Positions 13,201 to 26,581 of a stretch of DNA of 64,000 nt are shown piece by piece. Each line of letters starts with the position of its first letter. Within the stretch, counting starts at the first letter, position 1. The position numbers were made by a program, and so were the translations under genes. This DNA is from Mytilus edulis (Eukaryota). The stretch covers positions 45,136,001-45,200,000 of the forward strand of contig NC_092346.1 in the NCBI RefSeq assembly GCF_963676685.1. The letters run 5' to 3'. The notes beneath the pieces were generated by a model that saw nothing but the letters and a program-made list of their open reading frames with translations, searched no databases and was not told the origin of the DNA.

Positions 13201-16200
13201 TAAGAGGCTAGTTTTATTAGTTTCCGACTATGAATTATGTCTTTGGAGTGAACTGTTTCCAACTTTAATGTCTTACAGTCGAAGGTAACTTAATTTTGTT
13301 TCTATACCCTCCTTAAAATTAGATTAATATCCTGGACAAAACCAGGAAAAACCCTATTACTTTTTGTTGCAAATGAGTAGGAACCCTGATGCATGTATTT
13401 AGTTAACTATTACATGTTTGCTATATGAAGAAATTTCCAGTGTCACACTAATTCCTGGATTTTCATTTCTAAGAACATGCATGCCTTCTTAACCATGATA
13501 TCTTCATTATTGTGTAACCTACTCAAAAGTTGAATTTGGAAAAATAGTTACTTATGTTTTGATTTGTTTATATTAACAAGTTTTTAATTTTCACAGATCT
13601 TTGTCTTTTGATTGAACTTCCCATCTCACACACTTGAATATTGTTATATGAATATAAAATACACAATAATGATTAAACTTTTTTATCATTAATTTTCATA
13701 ACAGAGGAACAGTAGATGATACAGAGTTGATTGATGGATTAGTATTCTCACAGAAAACAACTGGTGCTGGTGGACCAAATAGAGTGGAAAAGGCAAAGAT
13801 TGGTCTAATTCAGTTCTGTATATCACCACCTAAAACTGATGTAAGCTTCAATACAAAATATACCACAATCTGCTAGATTCTATGAACAACTACTAAAACA
13901 TAACATAAACATAACGTGTCCAATGTGTGAGGATATAACTAAAATCCTAGTTAACCAAATGTATTGATCTTATTGTGTGTTCAATATAAAAAGATGTGGT
14001 ATGATTGCCAAGGAGACAAATCTCCACAAGAGACCAAATGACACAGAAATTAACAACTATAGGTTACCGTACGGCCTTCAACCATACCTGCCAATTGTCT
14101 CGTTTTGAGAGGAAGACTCCCGCGCAAACAAAGAAATTGCAGAAATCTTCCTGTGCGGGAGTATAAAATCTCCCGCTTTTGGATATTTTGACCTAGAATA
14201 ACCCGCGTTCGTTATTCTCTTGCTTTTTCATTACTTTCAATAGAAATAAACAATCAGCGATCATTTGAAAACTTTGGTCAGTAGTTTTCATGTTCGATAT
14301 ATAAGTAATTGAAATTCAGTTCTGCTATGTCAACTCCAACAAGATAGAGGTCTTTGTCTGGACCAAGCGACAGTGTATTAAAAGAAGTAATAGGTAACTG
14401 CAAATCGAAATGTCAAGCAGATTTGAATGAAAGATTTTAAATTTTTACGACCAAGTTCACTTGGCAATGAATCTTTTAGCACATCATGTTCAATCAACTT
14501 TTCGATTTCTTCTGGTGGTATGTACAATGTTTGAAAGCATGCTTAGTGTGAGACTCACAACAAAATCAAAACATGGAATGTTATGAGTCATGAGATTCGG
14601 AGGTATTGAAAAAGGCTAAAATAAAAACCACCTTGTATAGATTATAACCAAAAAAAGAAATAAAGTATATCTATTAACTCCTATTGGTGTTTTGTAGATG
14701 ACTACATAAACAGTTCATACATATATTTAACTTCAAAATGTCGTTTGTGCAAAATCTCCCCCTATGAATGTTTCAGAAGTTGGCAGGTATGTCTTTAACA
14801 AAGAGCAGAACCCATACTGCATAGTCAGCTTTAAAAGGCCCTGCAATGACAAATGTAAAACAAATTCAAACGAGAAAACTAACAGCCTAATCTATGTTCA
14901 AAATAATGAACGAAAAACAAATATGTTACACAGCAACAAACGACAACCACTGAATTACAGGCTCCTAACTGCACATTTCTGAATTTACCTTTTTCAGGTA
15001 AAATTCTGGAAACCAAAAATCTATATAAATGCATGATGAGTTTTTTTTCAAAAACAGACTTAAAAGGAACAGCATTAATCATCTAATACCACTTTCCTTG
15101 AGGAAATTCCCAGATTTATTATAGCACAGAACAGAAATTTCATTGTTAAATTATAAATATTAAAAAAAAAAAAGCACATTATTAGTGACCACATCTTTTT
15201 TAATTTTAATACAAATTAATCAAAAGAACAATGTTGCAACTTATCTGTTCTGTAAATTTTAATTTGAAAAATTGCTATAACTCTTGACTGGCAAAAAAGG
15301 ACATTTTCAATGGAAAAAAAAATACCAATTTTTTTGTCAATTATTCATGGAAAAGCTTTTAAAAAATGTAAAAGGTTATCACATAGTAGTAAGGAAAAAA
15401 CAAAAAATAGTCCACAAACCATTATAACAAAAAGCTATAATTATTTTTTTTATTAATGTACCTAGTCTTTAAAACTTAAAGTGACCTCAGTTCTATACAG
15501 ACTTATGCAGTTTCTTCTCTACTGGTTGTACTTGTTTTTTTTTAAATTAAGTATCCTACCTACAACCATCAATTAAGCTTATCTGCACATTATCATGAAG
15601 TGATCTATTGACTCAATAAAATACTGAAGACATTAATTTCAGTATAATCATACATTTATTCACAGATGGACAACAGTGTTATTGTATCAGATTATACACA
15701 GATGGATAGAGTTTTACGAGAGGAAAGACAGTATATCTTGGATATTGTTAAAAAAGTAAAAAAGGCAGGCTGCAATGTTCTGCTTATACAGAAATCTATT
15801 TTAAGGTTAGTAATTCAAAGTATAGAAAACATAATGTTGCCAGATTTAGATTAAGGAAATAGTAGTATTGTATTGGAAGATATGAGGTTATCAAATTGCA
15901 AATTGATGGTCACTGAGTTTCATGCACTGGTGTCTGTGAACTGATTGTGACTGTTGAATCCTAAATTGGTATCTGCAAATACTTTTCTCACCTTTCTAAT
16001 GCAACAGAAGGAAAACTTGCTAAATCATACATTATAAAATCAGTCTCATGACATCTGTAATTTTGTGCAAAATTTCAGACCATCAATCTTTGAAAACATG
16101 CCCTGAAATGTTTTTTTCAAAATCAAATCAAAACAATGTTGTATTAAAATTCGACTTGACAAACTATAAGTATTATCTTCTATACCAGATGTTACTTTTA

Positions 16201-19200
16201 CAACTGATCAAGAAATTTCAATAAAGAAATGAAAGAACAAATGTTCAGTTTTTCATTCCTGTTACATTTGATAGTCAAGTTCATAAATTGTATCTTACAG
16301 ACATCTGAAACATACTGTATATAAAACTTACACTTGATTATGAATTTTAAATGTTCTATTTTAGAGATGCTGTTAGTGATTTAGCTCTACATTTCTTAGC
16401 AAAGATGAAAATTTTAGTTGTTAAAGATATAGAAAGAGAAGATATTGAATTTGTTTGTAAGGTAAGACATTGATTTAAAAGAGACATTTCATGTTAGAGG
16501 CCTAGCAATGGACTTTATGATCTGAATGATCAATAACTTTTTTTGTGCATTTTCAAAATCAGAAAAGAAAGGATATTGGGTGGATGAACTTGTGACAAAA
16601 ATCTCTTGTTATATTTGTGAAAAGTCAACTTTCATATTAGGATACCTATATTTACATTCTAGTTATATTTTTCAGTCAGTAGGATGTAAACCAATTGCAA
16701 GTATAGACCATTTCTTACCAGAGAACATGGGTAGTGCTGAATTAGTGGAAGAAGTACAGACAGGATCAAGTAAAATTGTCAAGGTAATTGTACTGTACAA
16801 AATTCTCTATTTTCTTGTAGCAACAAAACTAAAAAAAAATGATACATAAAAAATAAAAGGATATGGAGTAAATGTACATGGGACAAATCGCACACAATAC
16901 ATAGAAAAAATAAAAATTATCAATGAACAGGGCTTTTATTCCTGTTCTTCATCTAGAAAAACTGGGTATAATATTAACAAAGTACACAAAGATACACATG
17001 AAAAGCTGTCATACAATATCAAACAAAAGGGAACTGTGTTATGCTACTGAATTGATTACATTTAAAGTATAGATGTTTTTTATGCCCCCGCCGTAGCAGA
17101 GAGGGCATTAAGTTATACCCATGGTCGTCTGTTCGTACGTACGTCCCCAAATTGGTTTCTGTTCTTGCCTCAACCAAATATTATGAAACTAATACACAAT
17201 GCTTATCACCACAAAACACAGATCAAGTTTGAATTTTGGTGGCCTCACTCTAACCGTTCTAGAGTTATGCCCCTTTATAAATGTAAAAATTGCAAAATTT
17301 TTAGTCTGTTCTCTAACTTAAGTTTGCCTCTACCAAATGTTATGAAACTTATGCACAATGCTTAATACCATCAAATACAGATCAAATTTGAATTTTGGTA
17401 GCTCCACTCTAACCGTTTCAGAGTTATGCCCCTTTATAAATGGAAAAATTGCAAAATTTTTAGTTTCTGTTTCCTTACTTTAGTTTGCCTCAACCAAATG
17501 TTATGAAACTTGTACAGAATGCTTTTTACCACAAAATACAGATCATGTTTGAATTTTGGTAGTGTCAATCTAACTGTTCAAGAGTTGTGCTCCATTATAA
17601 ATAGAAAAATTACAAAATTTTTAGTTTTCGTTCTATTACTTAAGTTTGCCTCAACCAAATGTTATGAAACTTACACACAATGCTAATTACCACAAAACAC
17701 AGATCAAGTTTGAATTTTGGTGGGGTCACTTTAACCATTCTCGAGTTATGCCCCTTTATAAATGAAAAAAAAAAATGCAAAATTTGTAGTTTTCCTTCTG
17801 TAACTTAAGTTTGCCCCAACCAAATATATGAAACCTATACACAATACTTATTACCACAAAACTCAGATCAAGTACAAATTTGGGTAGCTTCACTTTTATT
17901 GTTGTAGAGTTATGTCCCTTTATAATGTTGTATGCAAACGGGCATCATCTGTGTCCATGGGGACACATTCTCCATTTATTTATTTGTACGTAACATTAAA
18001 AACCTATTCCACATTTTCAAATATAATTGTGTCAAACCTCTGATCTGAAAGTGTGATATTTTCAAATAAAGATGCAAAATAAGAATGAAGACAAAGTATA
18101 TTTTGAAACGTACCAACCAAGCTATTTAAATTATTATCCTGAATACAAAGTTTAAGAAGAGTGTATATGTTTGGAAATCATTGCAAAGACAATTTGTACA
18201 TCATTAGACGGCTATCTATAAGTAGAAAATAGTAAATGATTTGAAAGGAATGCATCGATTTAAATCTTTTTTCAGATTACTGGAATGGCTATTCCCGGGA
18301 AATGTGTCACAGTACTTATGAGAGGATCTAACAAACTTGTGCTAGAAGAAGCTGATAGATCACTCCACGATGCCCTGTGTGTCATCAGATGTCTTGTCAA
18401 AGAAAGGTATGGTGAAGATAATAAATATAATGGTTTTTTAAATCGTCATGAAATTATGATTTGCCAAATGAATGATTACTGGCTGGCAGCCTGAAAAGCT
18501 TTTTAAGAAAATTTGAGTAAGTTTAGTTTTATTTACCAGCTATGAAATTTTTTTTCAGTACAGTGATTCCAGTGCCAACAACATGTGTTAGTTGAATAAT
18601 TTCATCGAAGACTCGCAGAAACATGTCATTGCATTGAACACACACACTTTGTATAATACTTTTCTTGCTATTGCTAATATAAAGAGTATAGGCATCATGT
18701 TTTGGTCGAGGTTAGAAATATATAAACGGCTTATCTAGTCTGTTTTATTGGACTGTGTCCATTAAATAGAATAAACAATATAAAAGATCCTTATAACTTT
18801 TTGATAAGAATTTGATAACAGATGAGTTGGCTTGACTGAAATATACCACAACAATTTTTCCTTAAGTATGTATTGTGTTAATTTCAGGTCCATTATTGCT
18901 GGAGGTGGAGCACCTGAAATAGAACTATCTCTACAATTGATGGAATATGCCAATACCCTGTTAGGAACAGAACAGTATTGTTTTAGAGCATTTGCTGAAG
19001 CATTAGAAATCATCCCATTTACATTGGCTGAAAACGCCGGATTAAATCCCATTGCTACAGTTACAGAACTCAGAAATAGACATGCTGAAGGAGAGAAAAC
19101 AGCTGGTATTAATGTCAGAAAGGTATGTACATTTAAATTAATGGATTTTCAAGACAGGTGTATTGAAGAAAGATTTTGAGTTTTATATTAAAGTAAGAAG

Positions 19201-20423
19201 ATGTGGAATTGTTGCCAATGATACAGCTCTCCACAAAAAAACATAGAATTTACCAAATATAAGTCATCGTACATCCTTTCACAATGAGCAAAACCAAAAC
19301 AATGTAGTCAGCCTCAAAACTTCCTGAAATGACAAATGAAAAACAATTCATTCAAGGAAACTAGCGGCCTGACTTGTGTAAACAACAATGTGATGGCCAT
19401 CTCTAGAAATCTATCTCCACATTATAAATAAAAACAGGATTATGATATACCTTTGCTGTACAGATATTTATTGTTCAAATATTCAAGAAGGGACTATTAT
19501 TTTTAGACAAATGTATTGCGTTTTAGCCTCATACTGCTAATTAAACTGATCATTAGTAATAGTTATACTTTATAATTATTATTGAAACTTGTATTAAAGC
19601 ATCATCATCTTGTATGTGCACATAAATTTAATTCCAATTTCTGTTTCTACAGGGTGCAATTACCAATATCTTAGAAGAGAATGTCCTACAGCCACTTCTT
19701 GTATCAACTAGTGCCATTCATTTAGCATCTGAGACTGTAAGAAGTATCATGAAAATTGATGATATTGTAAGTATATAAAATAGAAGATACAATAAGATTG
19801 CCAATGAGTAACTACTTGATTTCTAATGGCATAGATTTAAGCTACTAAAGATCACAGTATGGCCTTCAACAATAAGCAATACCTACATTGTATAAGCAGC
19901 TACATAGTTGTGACAATTCAAACAAAAATAAATTAATAAACAGCCTGATTTCTGACAGAAGAAAATTAAAAAAATAAACAAATATCACAAACAGCAACCA
20001 CTGAATAACAGCCCCCTAAATGGATAGGCACTATATAATTTAAATGGTCTCATAATTCCTATTTTCATTATCTGCTTCATATTAGTTTCTTAAAACAGAT
20101 ATTGCATATTTTGCCTTCATATTCTTGATCCTATTGATGCCACAAAATAGTATTGAATTTATTTGTGCTGAGGGCTGTTACAAGTATTTGGGGTTGTGGG
20201 AGTGGTTTTCTTTAAGCATGATATGAAATTTTCATTTAATAAACTGAAACCACCCACATTTCATTAGTTTTAGTGTCTCGTATCACCCAATCTAGAATCC
20301 TTATTATTCCAAACATAGCAATGAAAAATAGTTTATAACAATTTATAAATTTGAAAGTAGAAGCTATAAATTAGAATTTATATATGCTAAATGTTTATGT
20401 TTCAGGTGATGTGTATTAGATAA
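1249..20423 (+). CDS. CCT4: T-complex protein 1 subunit delta (chaperonin CCT/TRiC subunit 4), complete, 14 exons, 532 aa
   Basis: Exons with GT-AG boundaries: 1249-1351, 9239-9291, 9628-9717, 11237-11345, 11672-11814, 12950-13071, 13705-13840, 15666-15805, 16365-16461, 16676-16783, 18276-18406, 18888-19122, 19653-19766, 20406-20423. Total 1599 nt with consistent phases. Chaperonin motifs [34 protein letters not shown]; delta-like N-terminus [26 protein letters not shown] and [17 protein letters not shown]. Confidence 0.97.
1722..3119. mobile_element. Fold-back MITE (about 440 bp without its insert) with 5-bp TSD GTGAT
   Basis: About 105-bp near-perfect TIRs (YAGGTTGGGRACAACCCRCCAAATGGGGAAC...); imperfect symmetry continues inward; GTGAT at 1717-1721 and 3120-3124. 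Confidence 0.8.
2062..3017. mobile_element. Non-autonomous piggyBac-type element nested in the MITE
   Basis: TTAA at 2058-2061 and 3018-3021; TIR CCCTTAGACTGCT / CCCTTAGGCTGCT (12/13); subterminal CGACTATWGTCG palindromes. Confidence 0.85.
3502..4346 (+). mobile_element. Helentron-associated non-autonomous element (HINE/DINE-1/pearl-like), family A
   Basis: T-runs on both sides; 5' TGTCGAGCCT with imperfect inverted match AGGCGAGACA; about 190-bp internal tandem repeats (units begin near 3579, 3771, 3961); 3' palindrome GGGTTCCGCGGAACCC. Confidence 0.82.
4884..6045. mobile_element. Non-autonomous TIR element, probably PIF/Harbinger-type
   Basis: About 40-bp TIR GGCYTAAATTAAAATATTGTTTGTTTGCCCTTTWCCGACC; flanks TTA / TCA (imperfect 3-bp TSD); sits just past the Sailor transposase stop codon. 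Confidence 0.78.
6063..7384 (-). pseudogene. DD83E transposase pseudogene (about 440 codons; stop at 7124-7126, frameshift near 6935-6950)
   Basis: MPPKISK start, [14 protein letters not shown] region, [28 protein letters not shown]; 83 residues between second D and E; acidic C-terminal tail. Confidence 0.9.
8731..9137. mobile_element. Palindromic MITE with TGT...ACA ends (Ginger-like)
   Basis: TIR TGTAGGACTCYAAAGTGYGATGG; arms built of about 19-bp GCTAAAGTRCGATGG units; flanks CATA / CATG. Confidence 0.72.
10123..11188 (+). mobile_element. HINE-like element family B (TGACCTTGACCTCATTTTCATGG tandem array)
   Basis: 5' TTTTGTCGAGCCT; about 150-bp repeats; 3' AAGGCCAGACATTTCAGCGTGTGCACTCTTGTT; homologous to copies at 22.3, 40.1 and 50.7 kb. 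Confidence 0.8.
13990..14975. repeat. Abundant short interspersed repeat (AAGATGTGGTATGATTGCCAATGAGACAACTCTCC... family), split by a hAT-like MITE
   Basis: Diverged copies near 19196, 19790, 24985, 25941, 39238, 46255, 56752 and 60383. Class not determined. Confidence 0.7.
14083..14791. mobile_element. hAT-like MITE
   Basis: TIR CATACCTGCCAA / TTGGCAGGTATG; decayed 8-bp TSD CCTTCAAC / TCTTTAAC; host repeat resumes after it. Confidence 0.8.
17081..17976 (+). mobile_element. HINE-like element with about 161-bp tandem array
   Basis: 5' TTTTATGCCC with 3' inverted GGGCAT; short (CGTA)n tract; about 5 repeats containing CAACCAAATGTTATGAAACTT; 3' hairpin TGTGTCC-ATGG-GGACACA. Confidence 0.8.
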
Positions 20424-20573
20424 TCATCTTTTGGACCATGCTGGTGGTATATAGATACATGTGACACATAGGACACTCATCTACAAACTCTGGTCATAAA
20501 TCTATCATCCACTAAGTGTTCAGGACAAAGCTTTTTATATACCCTTTATTGATGTGATCTAATGATAATTTAA

Positions 20574-20579
20574 AATAAA
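20574..20579 (+). terminator. Likely polyadenylation signal of CCT4
   Basis: AATAAA 150 nt after the TAA, followed by GT/T-rich sequence. Confidence 0.55.
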
Positions 20580-22293
20580 ACTGGTACCCTGTGTACTCCA
20601 GTTGGTTATATTTATTTACAAAATCAATTTGCTTTTCCAGTCTGATACATTGTGAATATTTCACTTATAAGTATTAAACATTGAATTTACATACAGATTG
20701 GATAACTTTTTTCTAATCAGCTGGAAATTAGCATGTGGCTTTAGTTTTATTATGGAATAACAAACTGTATATATTTAATAGTTACGGGAAATTTGACTTG
20801 GTAGTCAATACAATGAATCTGTAAATGTGAATTTCTTTTGATAAAAACCGAAAAAGAAGGTAATGAAAAGCAAAATTGCTGTTTTATTTACTTCTTTAAT
20901 AGTGCTATATAAACAATACTTGTTCGTTTTAAGTATCCATGTTAAGAAATGGGCATTATGAACAAATTTTATTAAAAAAGAAGAAGGAAAAGGCTCAATT
21001 TTTTCAGTTAAGTTATTTACAGTGAAATCTTTTTACAGAAGCTTATGTATGGACACGATCAGATCTTAAATTATTATTACTTAGTAATTGTAGATTCCTA
21101 CACAAAAGTTCACTTTAAACAAGTTTCACACAAATGTATGTCTCAGATTCCAACAAACTTTTTATATTTTTCTTTTTTTGATGCAATTCACATGATATTT
21201 ATTATTTGTAATATACAAAAAATGTGTGAAATAAATTTTTGTACTGAATTTTGTGTCTGAATTGTCTGCCTAATATTCAAAGCTTTGTAAACATGCAGAA
21301 AGATGGTCATGTCCTTAATGTTTCTTTGTGATTTCCATTCCATCATTTATCCTGATTTTCCATTGGCATTCAATAATTCCAGGACCTTCGTTCTGAACTG
21401 CCTCTATTACAGGACCTACCTATTGGATTTATTGTTAATTTCTTCTCATCTTTAACATGCATGAAATATTTTCCACTGGACTTTAAGCAATCAATCTACT
21501 CCATCAAAAATCAATCAATGTGAAACAGAAAGGGATTTATTTCTTCTGAGTCTGAACCTTGGTTTCACATAAATATTTATTACATGAATTGGGACAAGTA
21601 ATTAATCCTAAACCTATTCATTTTAAATGTAAACAACCCTTACATTGTGGATGCACTTTTAAAGCATTGATTACATTCATTGTATCAAAAATATGAATAA
21701 AAGCATATAATGTGTATATATCAACGAGAGAGCAATCCAACAACACAAATTAACAACATCTATGTCAATCTATAGCTTTTAACAAAAGAAGAATGTCCTT
21801 ACAATATCTAAGAATAAAAGGTTATTAGCAAAACTAGATAGCTGTCCATATCACATTCTTCATTAACAATTGTAATACAATGTACATGCTGAGAGTATGA
21901 AACCAAAACCTTAAAAAAAAAAGATATTTTGCTGCTTATCTGCCAACTGCCAAGTGTTAATGATTTTGTCCATGTAGGTTGATATTTCGTCTATAAACTT
22001 TCTTTGTAAGCAGGTACATTGAAAACTCCACTCAGCAATAAGTCTAGAAAACTGGCTATATGCATTTGATGTTAAACTGTACTTCATTACAGGATTGTAT
22101 AATAGACCAGTAAGATAAAAGGTGTAGGATACACAATTACTTTTACTGATATAGATTGATATTAAGTATGGGAAGACCTAGTTTAATAATAAGTTCAAAT
22201 AATAAGTTCAAATTAGTTTTGAACTAGCTTTCAGTAACTTAGACTTCTAAATGGTACTTTGTTTCTTTCATCTTTTTGTCTATAGTGTTTTAT

Positions 22294-23137
22294 GTTGAGC
22301 TAGGGATAGTAATCCAGCGGTGGCGTTAGCTAACTTCTTAAACCTTTATATTTTAGAAGGTAGAAGACCTGTATGCTTCTTACTTCATATATAGATGCTC
22401 CATGTTACAAAGTTTCTTTCTATCACATGTCCATTGTCTTTGACCTCATTTTCATGGTTCAGTGACTACTTGAGAAAAAAGTTAAAATTTTTTGTAATGT
22501 TAAATTCTCTCTTATTATGAGTAATAGGATATATTTGGTATGTGTGTATCTTTCAAGGTCCTTGTGCCCATCAGACACTTTTAACTTAACTTCAACTTCA
22601 TTTCATGGTTCAGTGAACAAGGTTAAGTTTTGGTGGTCAAGTCCATATCTCAGATACTAAAAGCAATAGGTCTAGTAAATTCGTTGTATGGAAGGATTGT
22701 AAGGTGTACATGTCTAGCTGGCAGGTGTCATCTGACCTTGACCTTATTTTCTTGGATCAGTGGTCAAAGTTTTTGAGTTTTGGTCTTTTTTTAATACTAC
22801 ATGTATATGTAATAGGATAACTATATTGGGTGTATGGAAATATTTTATGATGTACATGTCACTCAGTACATTAGGTTTTATGTGACCTTGACCTCATTTT
22901 CACGATTCATTACTCCGTGTTAAAGTTTTTGTGTTTTGATGTGTTTTTAAAACTATAAGCAATAGGTCAACTATATTTCTTCTATGGAAGAATTGAAAGC
23001 TGTACATGTCTGCATGGCATGGTTCATCTTAAAGTTTATGTGAAAGTTGCAGTAATTAAAAGCTTTATATTTAGGACTATCAACATAATATCAATGATTA
23101 GTAAAGAAGGCAAGACATTTCAGCATGTGCACTCTTG
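22294..23137 (+). mobile_element. HINE-like element family B copy
   Basis: Collinear with 10123-11188 and has the same 3' end. Confidence 0.78.
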
Positions 23138-23172
23138 TTCTTGCTTTGTGTCAATTTGATGAGCCGAGCCTT

Positions 23173-24962
23173 TTTATACGACCGCAAAAATTGAAAATTT
23201 TTTGGTCTTATATTGGTATCATGTTGGCGTCAATGTCGTCCGAATACTTTTCGTTTTCGCACTCTAACTTAAGTAAAAGTGAATAGAAATCTATGAAATT
23301 TTAACACAAGGTTTATGACCACAAAAGAAAGGTTGGGATTGATTTTGGGAGTTTTGGTCCCAATATTTTAGGAATTAGGGGCCAAAAAGGGGCCCAAATA
23401 AGCATTATTCTTGGTTTTCCCACCATAACTTTAGTATAAGTAAATAGAAATCTATGAAATTTAAACACAAGGTTTATGACCATAAAAGGAAGGTTGGGTT
23501 TGATTTTGGGAGTTTTTGTCCCAACAGTTTAGGAATAAGGGGCCCAAAGAGTCCAAAATTGAACTTTGTTTGATTTCATTAAAAATTGAATAATTGGGGT
23601 TCTTTGATATGCCGAATCTAACTGTGTATGTAGATTCTTAAGTTTTGGTCCCATTTTCAAATTGGTCTACATTCAAGTCCAAAGGGTCCAAAATTAAACT
23701 TAGTTTGATTTTAACATAAATTGAATCCTTGGGGTTCTTTGATATGCTGAATATAAAAAAGTACTTAGATTTTTGATTATTGGTCCAGTTTTCAAGTTGG
23801 TCAAAATCAGGGTCCAAAATTAAACTTTGTTTGATTTCATCAAAAATTGAATAATTGGGGTTCTTTGATATGCTAAATCTAACTGTGTATGTAGATTCTT
23901 AATTTTGGTCCCGTTTTCAAATTGGTCAACATTAAAGTCCAAAGGGTCCAAAATTAAACTAAGTTTGATTTTAACAAAAAATGAATTCTTGGGCTTTTTT
24001 GATATGCTGAATCTAAACATGTACTTAGATTTTTGATTATGGACCCAGTTTTCAAGTTGGTTCAAATCAGGATCCAAAATTATTATATTAAGTATTGTGC
24101 AATAGCAAGAAATTTTCAATTGCACAGTATTCAGCAATAGCAAGAAATCTTCAATCGCACAGTATTGTGCAATAGCAAGAAATTTTCAATTGCACAGTAT
24201 TGCGCAATAGCAAGAAATCTTCAATTGCACAGTATTGTGCAATAGCAAATATTTTCAATTGCACAGTATTGTGCAATAGCAAATATTTTCAATTGCACAG
24301 TATTGTGCAATAGCAAATATTTTCAATTGCACAGTATTGTGCAATAGCATGAAATATCTAATTGCACAATACTGTGCAATAGCAAGAAATTTTCAATTGG
24401 AGTTATCTTTCTTTGTCCAGAATAGTAGCTGAATCAACTTAAATCATTGTTTTATACATTATACAATGTATATTCACTTTTACTACCAACTGATAAATTA
24501 AAACAATCTTTACTATTCAGTGATAGCAAGCACTTTATTTTACATTTTAATATTTTAGGATGTATTAAATGAGTAGTTATTGTTGCAAACTCCATTAGAA
24601 ATTTGAATTGAGATCAGTTTTGGAAAAAGGGAAAGGGGGATGTGAAAAAAAAATGTGGGGGGGGGGGGGGGGGGGTTAACTTTTCTCATTTCAGATTTCT
24701 TAAATAAAAAGAAAATTTCTTCAAACATTTTTTTGAGAGGATTAATATTCAACAGCATAGTGAATTGCTCATAGGCAAAAAAAATATTTTAAGTTCATTA
24801 GACCACATTCATTCTGTGTCAGAAACCTATGCTGTGTCAACTATTTATCAAATCCAAATTTAGAGCTGAATCCAGCTTGAATGTTGTGTCCATACTTACC
24901 CCAACCATTCAGGGTTCAACCTCTGCGGTCGTATAAAGCTGGCCCTGCGGAGCATCTGGTTT
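23173..24962 (+). mobile_element. HINE-like element family C
   Basis: Perfect 14-bp subterminal inverted repeat TTTATACGACCGCA (23173-23186) / TGCGGTCGTATAAA (24924-24937), then a short hairpin-like end and TTT; internal about 130-bp repeats, minisatellite and G19 run. Confidence 0.82.
24091..24397. repeat. 33-35-bp minisatellite (GCAATAGCAAGAAATTTTCAATTGCACAGTATTGT)n
   Basis: About 9 tandem units inside the family C element. Confidence 0.9.
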
Positions 24963-25261
24963 AAAACTGAATTTATAAAAATAAGAAGATGTGGTTTCAT
25001 AGAGACAAAATGACATAGAAAATTAACAAGTATAGATCACTGTACTGTCTTCCGACAATGAGCAATACCCATACCGAAGTCAGCTTAGTTTATTCTTACA
25101 TTGTACTTTCAAAATATGTGTTTTAACACTAATTCGAGTGACTAGCACATATCCTGTAGAGATTCACTGACTTTCAGAAGGAAAACATAAGTTAAAGTTG
25201 TCATTTATTTAATTTGTATTAAGAAAATCATCTCTGATACAGATCTGGATTGGCATGTAAA

Positions 25262-25473
25262 AAGAGGGGGCAATAGGGGGTCCGTTAACATGCTAACAAC
25301 ACCTTGATTTTGGCAAAAACAGTTAAACAACAAATGCAAAAGTGCTGATAACAGTTAACAAAGTGTGTTGAACACAGTTAACAGTTTAAATTTATCTTAG
25401 ATAACAGTTAACAACACCTTGAAAAGGGCCAAAAACAGGTTAACATAAAAAGGTATTACCCCCAACCCCTTTT
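25262..25473. mobile_element. Degenerate MITE with ACAGTTAACA internal repeats
   Basis: AGAGGGGG...GGGGG left end and CCCCAACCCCTTTT right end; repeated ACAGTTAACA. Confidence 0.45.
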
Positions 25474-25794
25474 CTAAACAGACATTTATGATAGGACATG
25501 TATCAGAGATCCACACATAAAATGTTGGTCATGTTTACTACTATTTACATATAAGCTGTTTAAAAATATATTTTCCCCTTGTAAATGTTTGACAGTAATA
25601 AAAATAAATTGGGTCACCATAAATGACCTAAAATTACCCATTCTTTCACTTAAATTGCTAGTTCAAGGTCTCCATGACAACATGCAGAAAGTCTTTCATA
25701 GAGCAAAAATGGAATGGATATTAAAAGTGGGTATCTTGTTTGATAAATTTTTTGAAATTTAAAAAGGAAAGACCATTAGAAAGTTTTCATAGTA

Positions 25795-26135
25795 AAGTCC
25801 ACGTCTCAGATACTTTAAGCAATAGGTCAACTATATTTGATATTCAGAATGAAGGTAAGGTCTACATGTCTGACTGGCAGGTTTTACCTGACATTGCCCT
25901 CATTTTCATGCTCCATTTGGACTCATTTAGTTGATACAAAAAGATGTGGTATGATTGCCAAGAACCAAATTTAGTTTTTTTGTGGTTTTGGTCTACTCAG
26001 ATTCTATCAGCAATATAGCTATTATAATTGTATGGATTGATAGTTAGGTGCATGTGTATATGTACGTCTGGCAGATTTCGTACGACCTTGAACTAATTTT
26101 CATGGTTCATTGGCCAATCTTAAGTTTTCATGGAT
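25795..26135 (+). mobile_element. Degraded fragment of HINE-like family B
   Basis: CTCAGATACT..AAGCAATAGGTCAACTATATTTG and GACCTTGAACTAATTTTCATGGTTCATTGG motifs. Confidence 0.6.
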
Positions 26136-26377
26136 TTGCCAGGCAGTTTTGTGTTTGTCTTGTTTATGAAAACATCTTAATAAACAAGAAAATGGGAGTT
26201 TATAATTAAACAGTTTAATTTTTCCTGCTGAAGAATGTCTAGAATATTTTTCTAACACTATATATGGCTCAGCTGTGACAAGTTGCATTATTGCACAAAA
26301 TTGATATGGTTATCTGACTAGTGTGGCTATAGGAATATGTTAGAAGGTAGAAAATGTACAAAATCCATATTATGTTA

Positions 26378-26581
26378 CTGTGAATTCATTATTACTTCGT
26401 TGAACTTGGATACCAATTTTCATGGATCCAAGGTACAGGTGAACCACAAATTAACATGTTGAATCTTCAACCACAACAAATTTTCTATAGGTTTTGCATG
26501 CAAAGATTGACAAAACCAGGAAATTAAATATCCACGGAGGTGCAAGTTTTCCTCGATACACAAAAACAAAAGAATCCACAG
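26378..26581. mobile_element. TA-flanked MITE (CTGTGGATTCATT family)
   Basis: TA|CTGTGAATTCATT ... GAATCCACAG|TA; homologous to 57779-57987. Confidence 0.65.

Noticed and set aside
18762-19052. 96-aa minus-strand ORF (also 11541-11957)
   Set aside because: Antisense shadows of CCT4 exons.
24091-24397. Regular repeats superficially like a CRISPR array
   Set aside because: No unique spacers, eukaryotic context and no cas genes.
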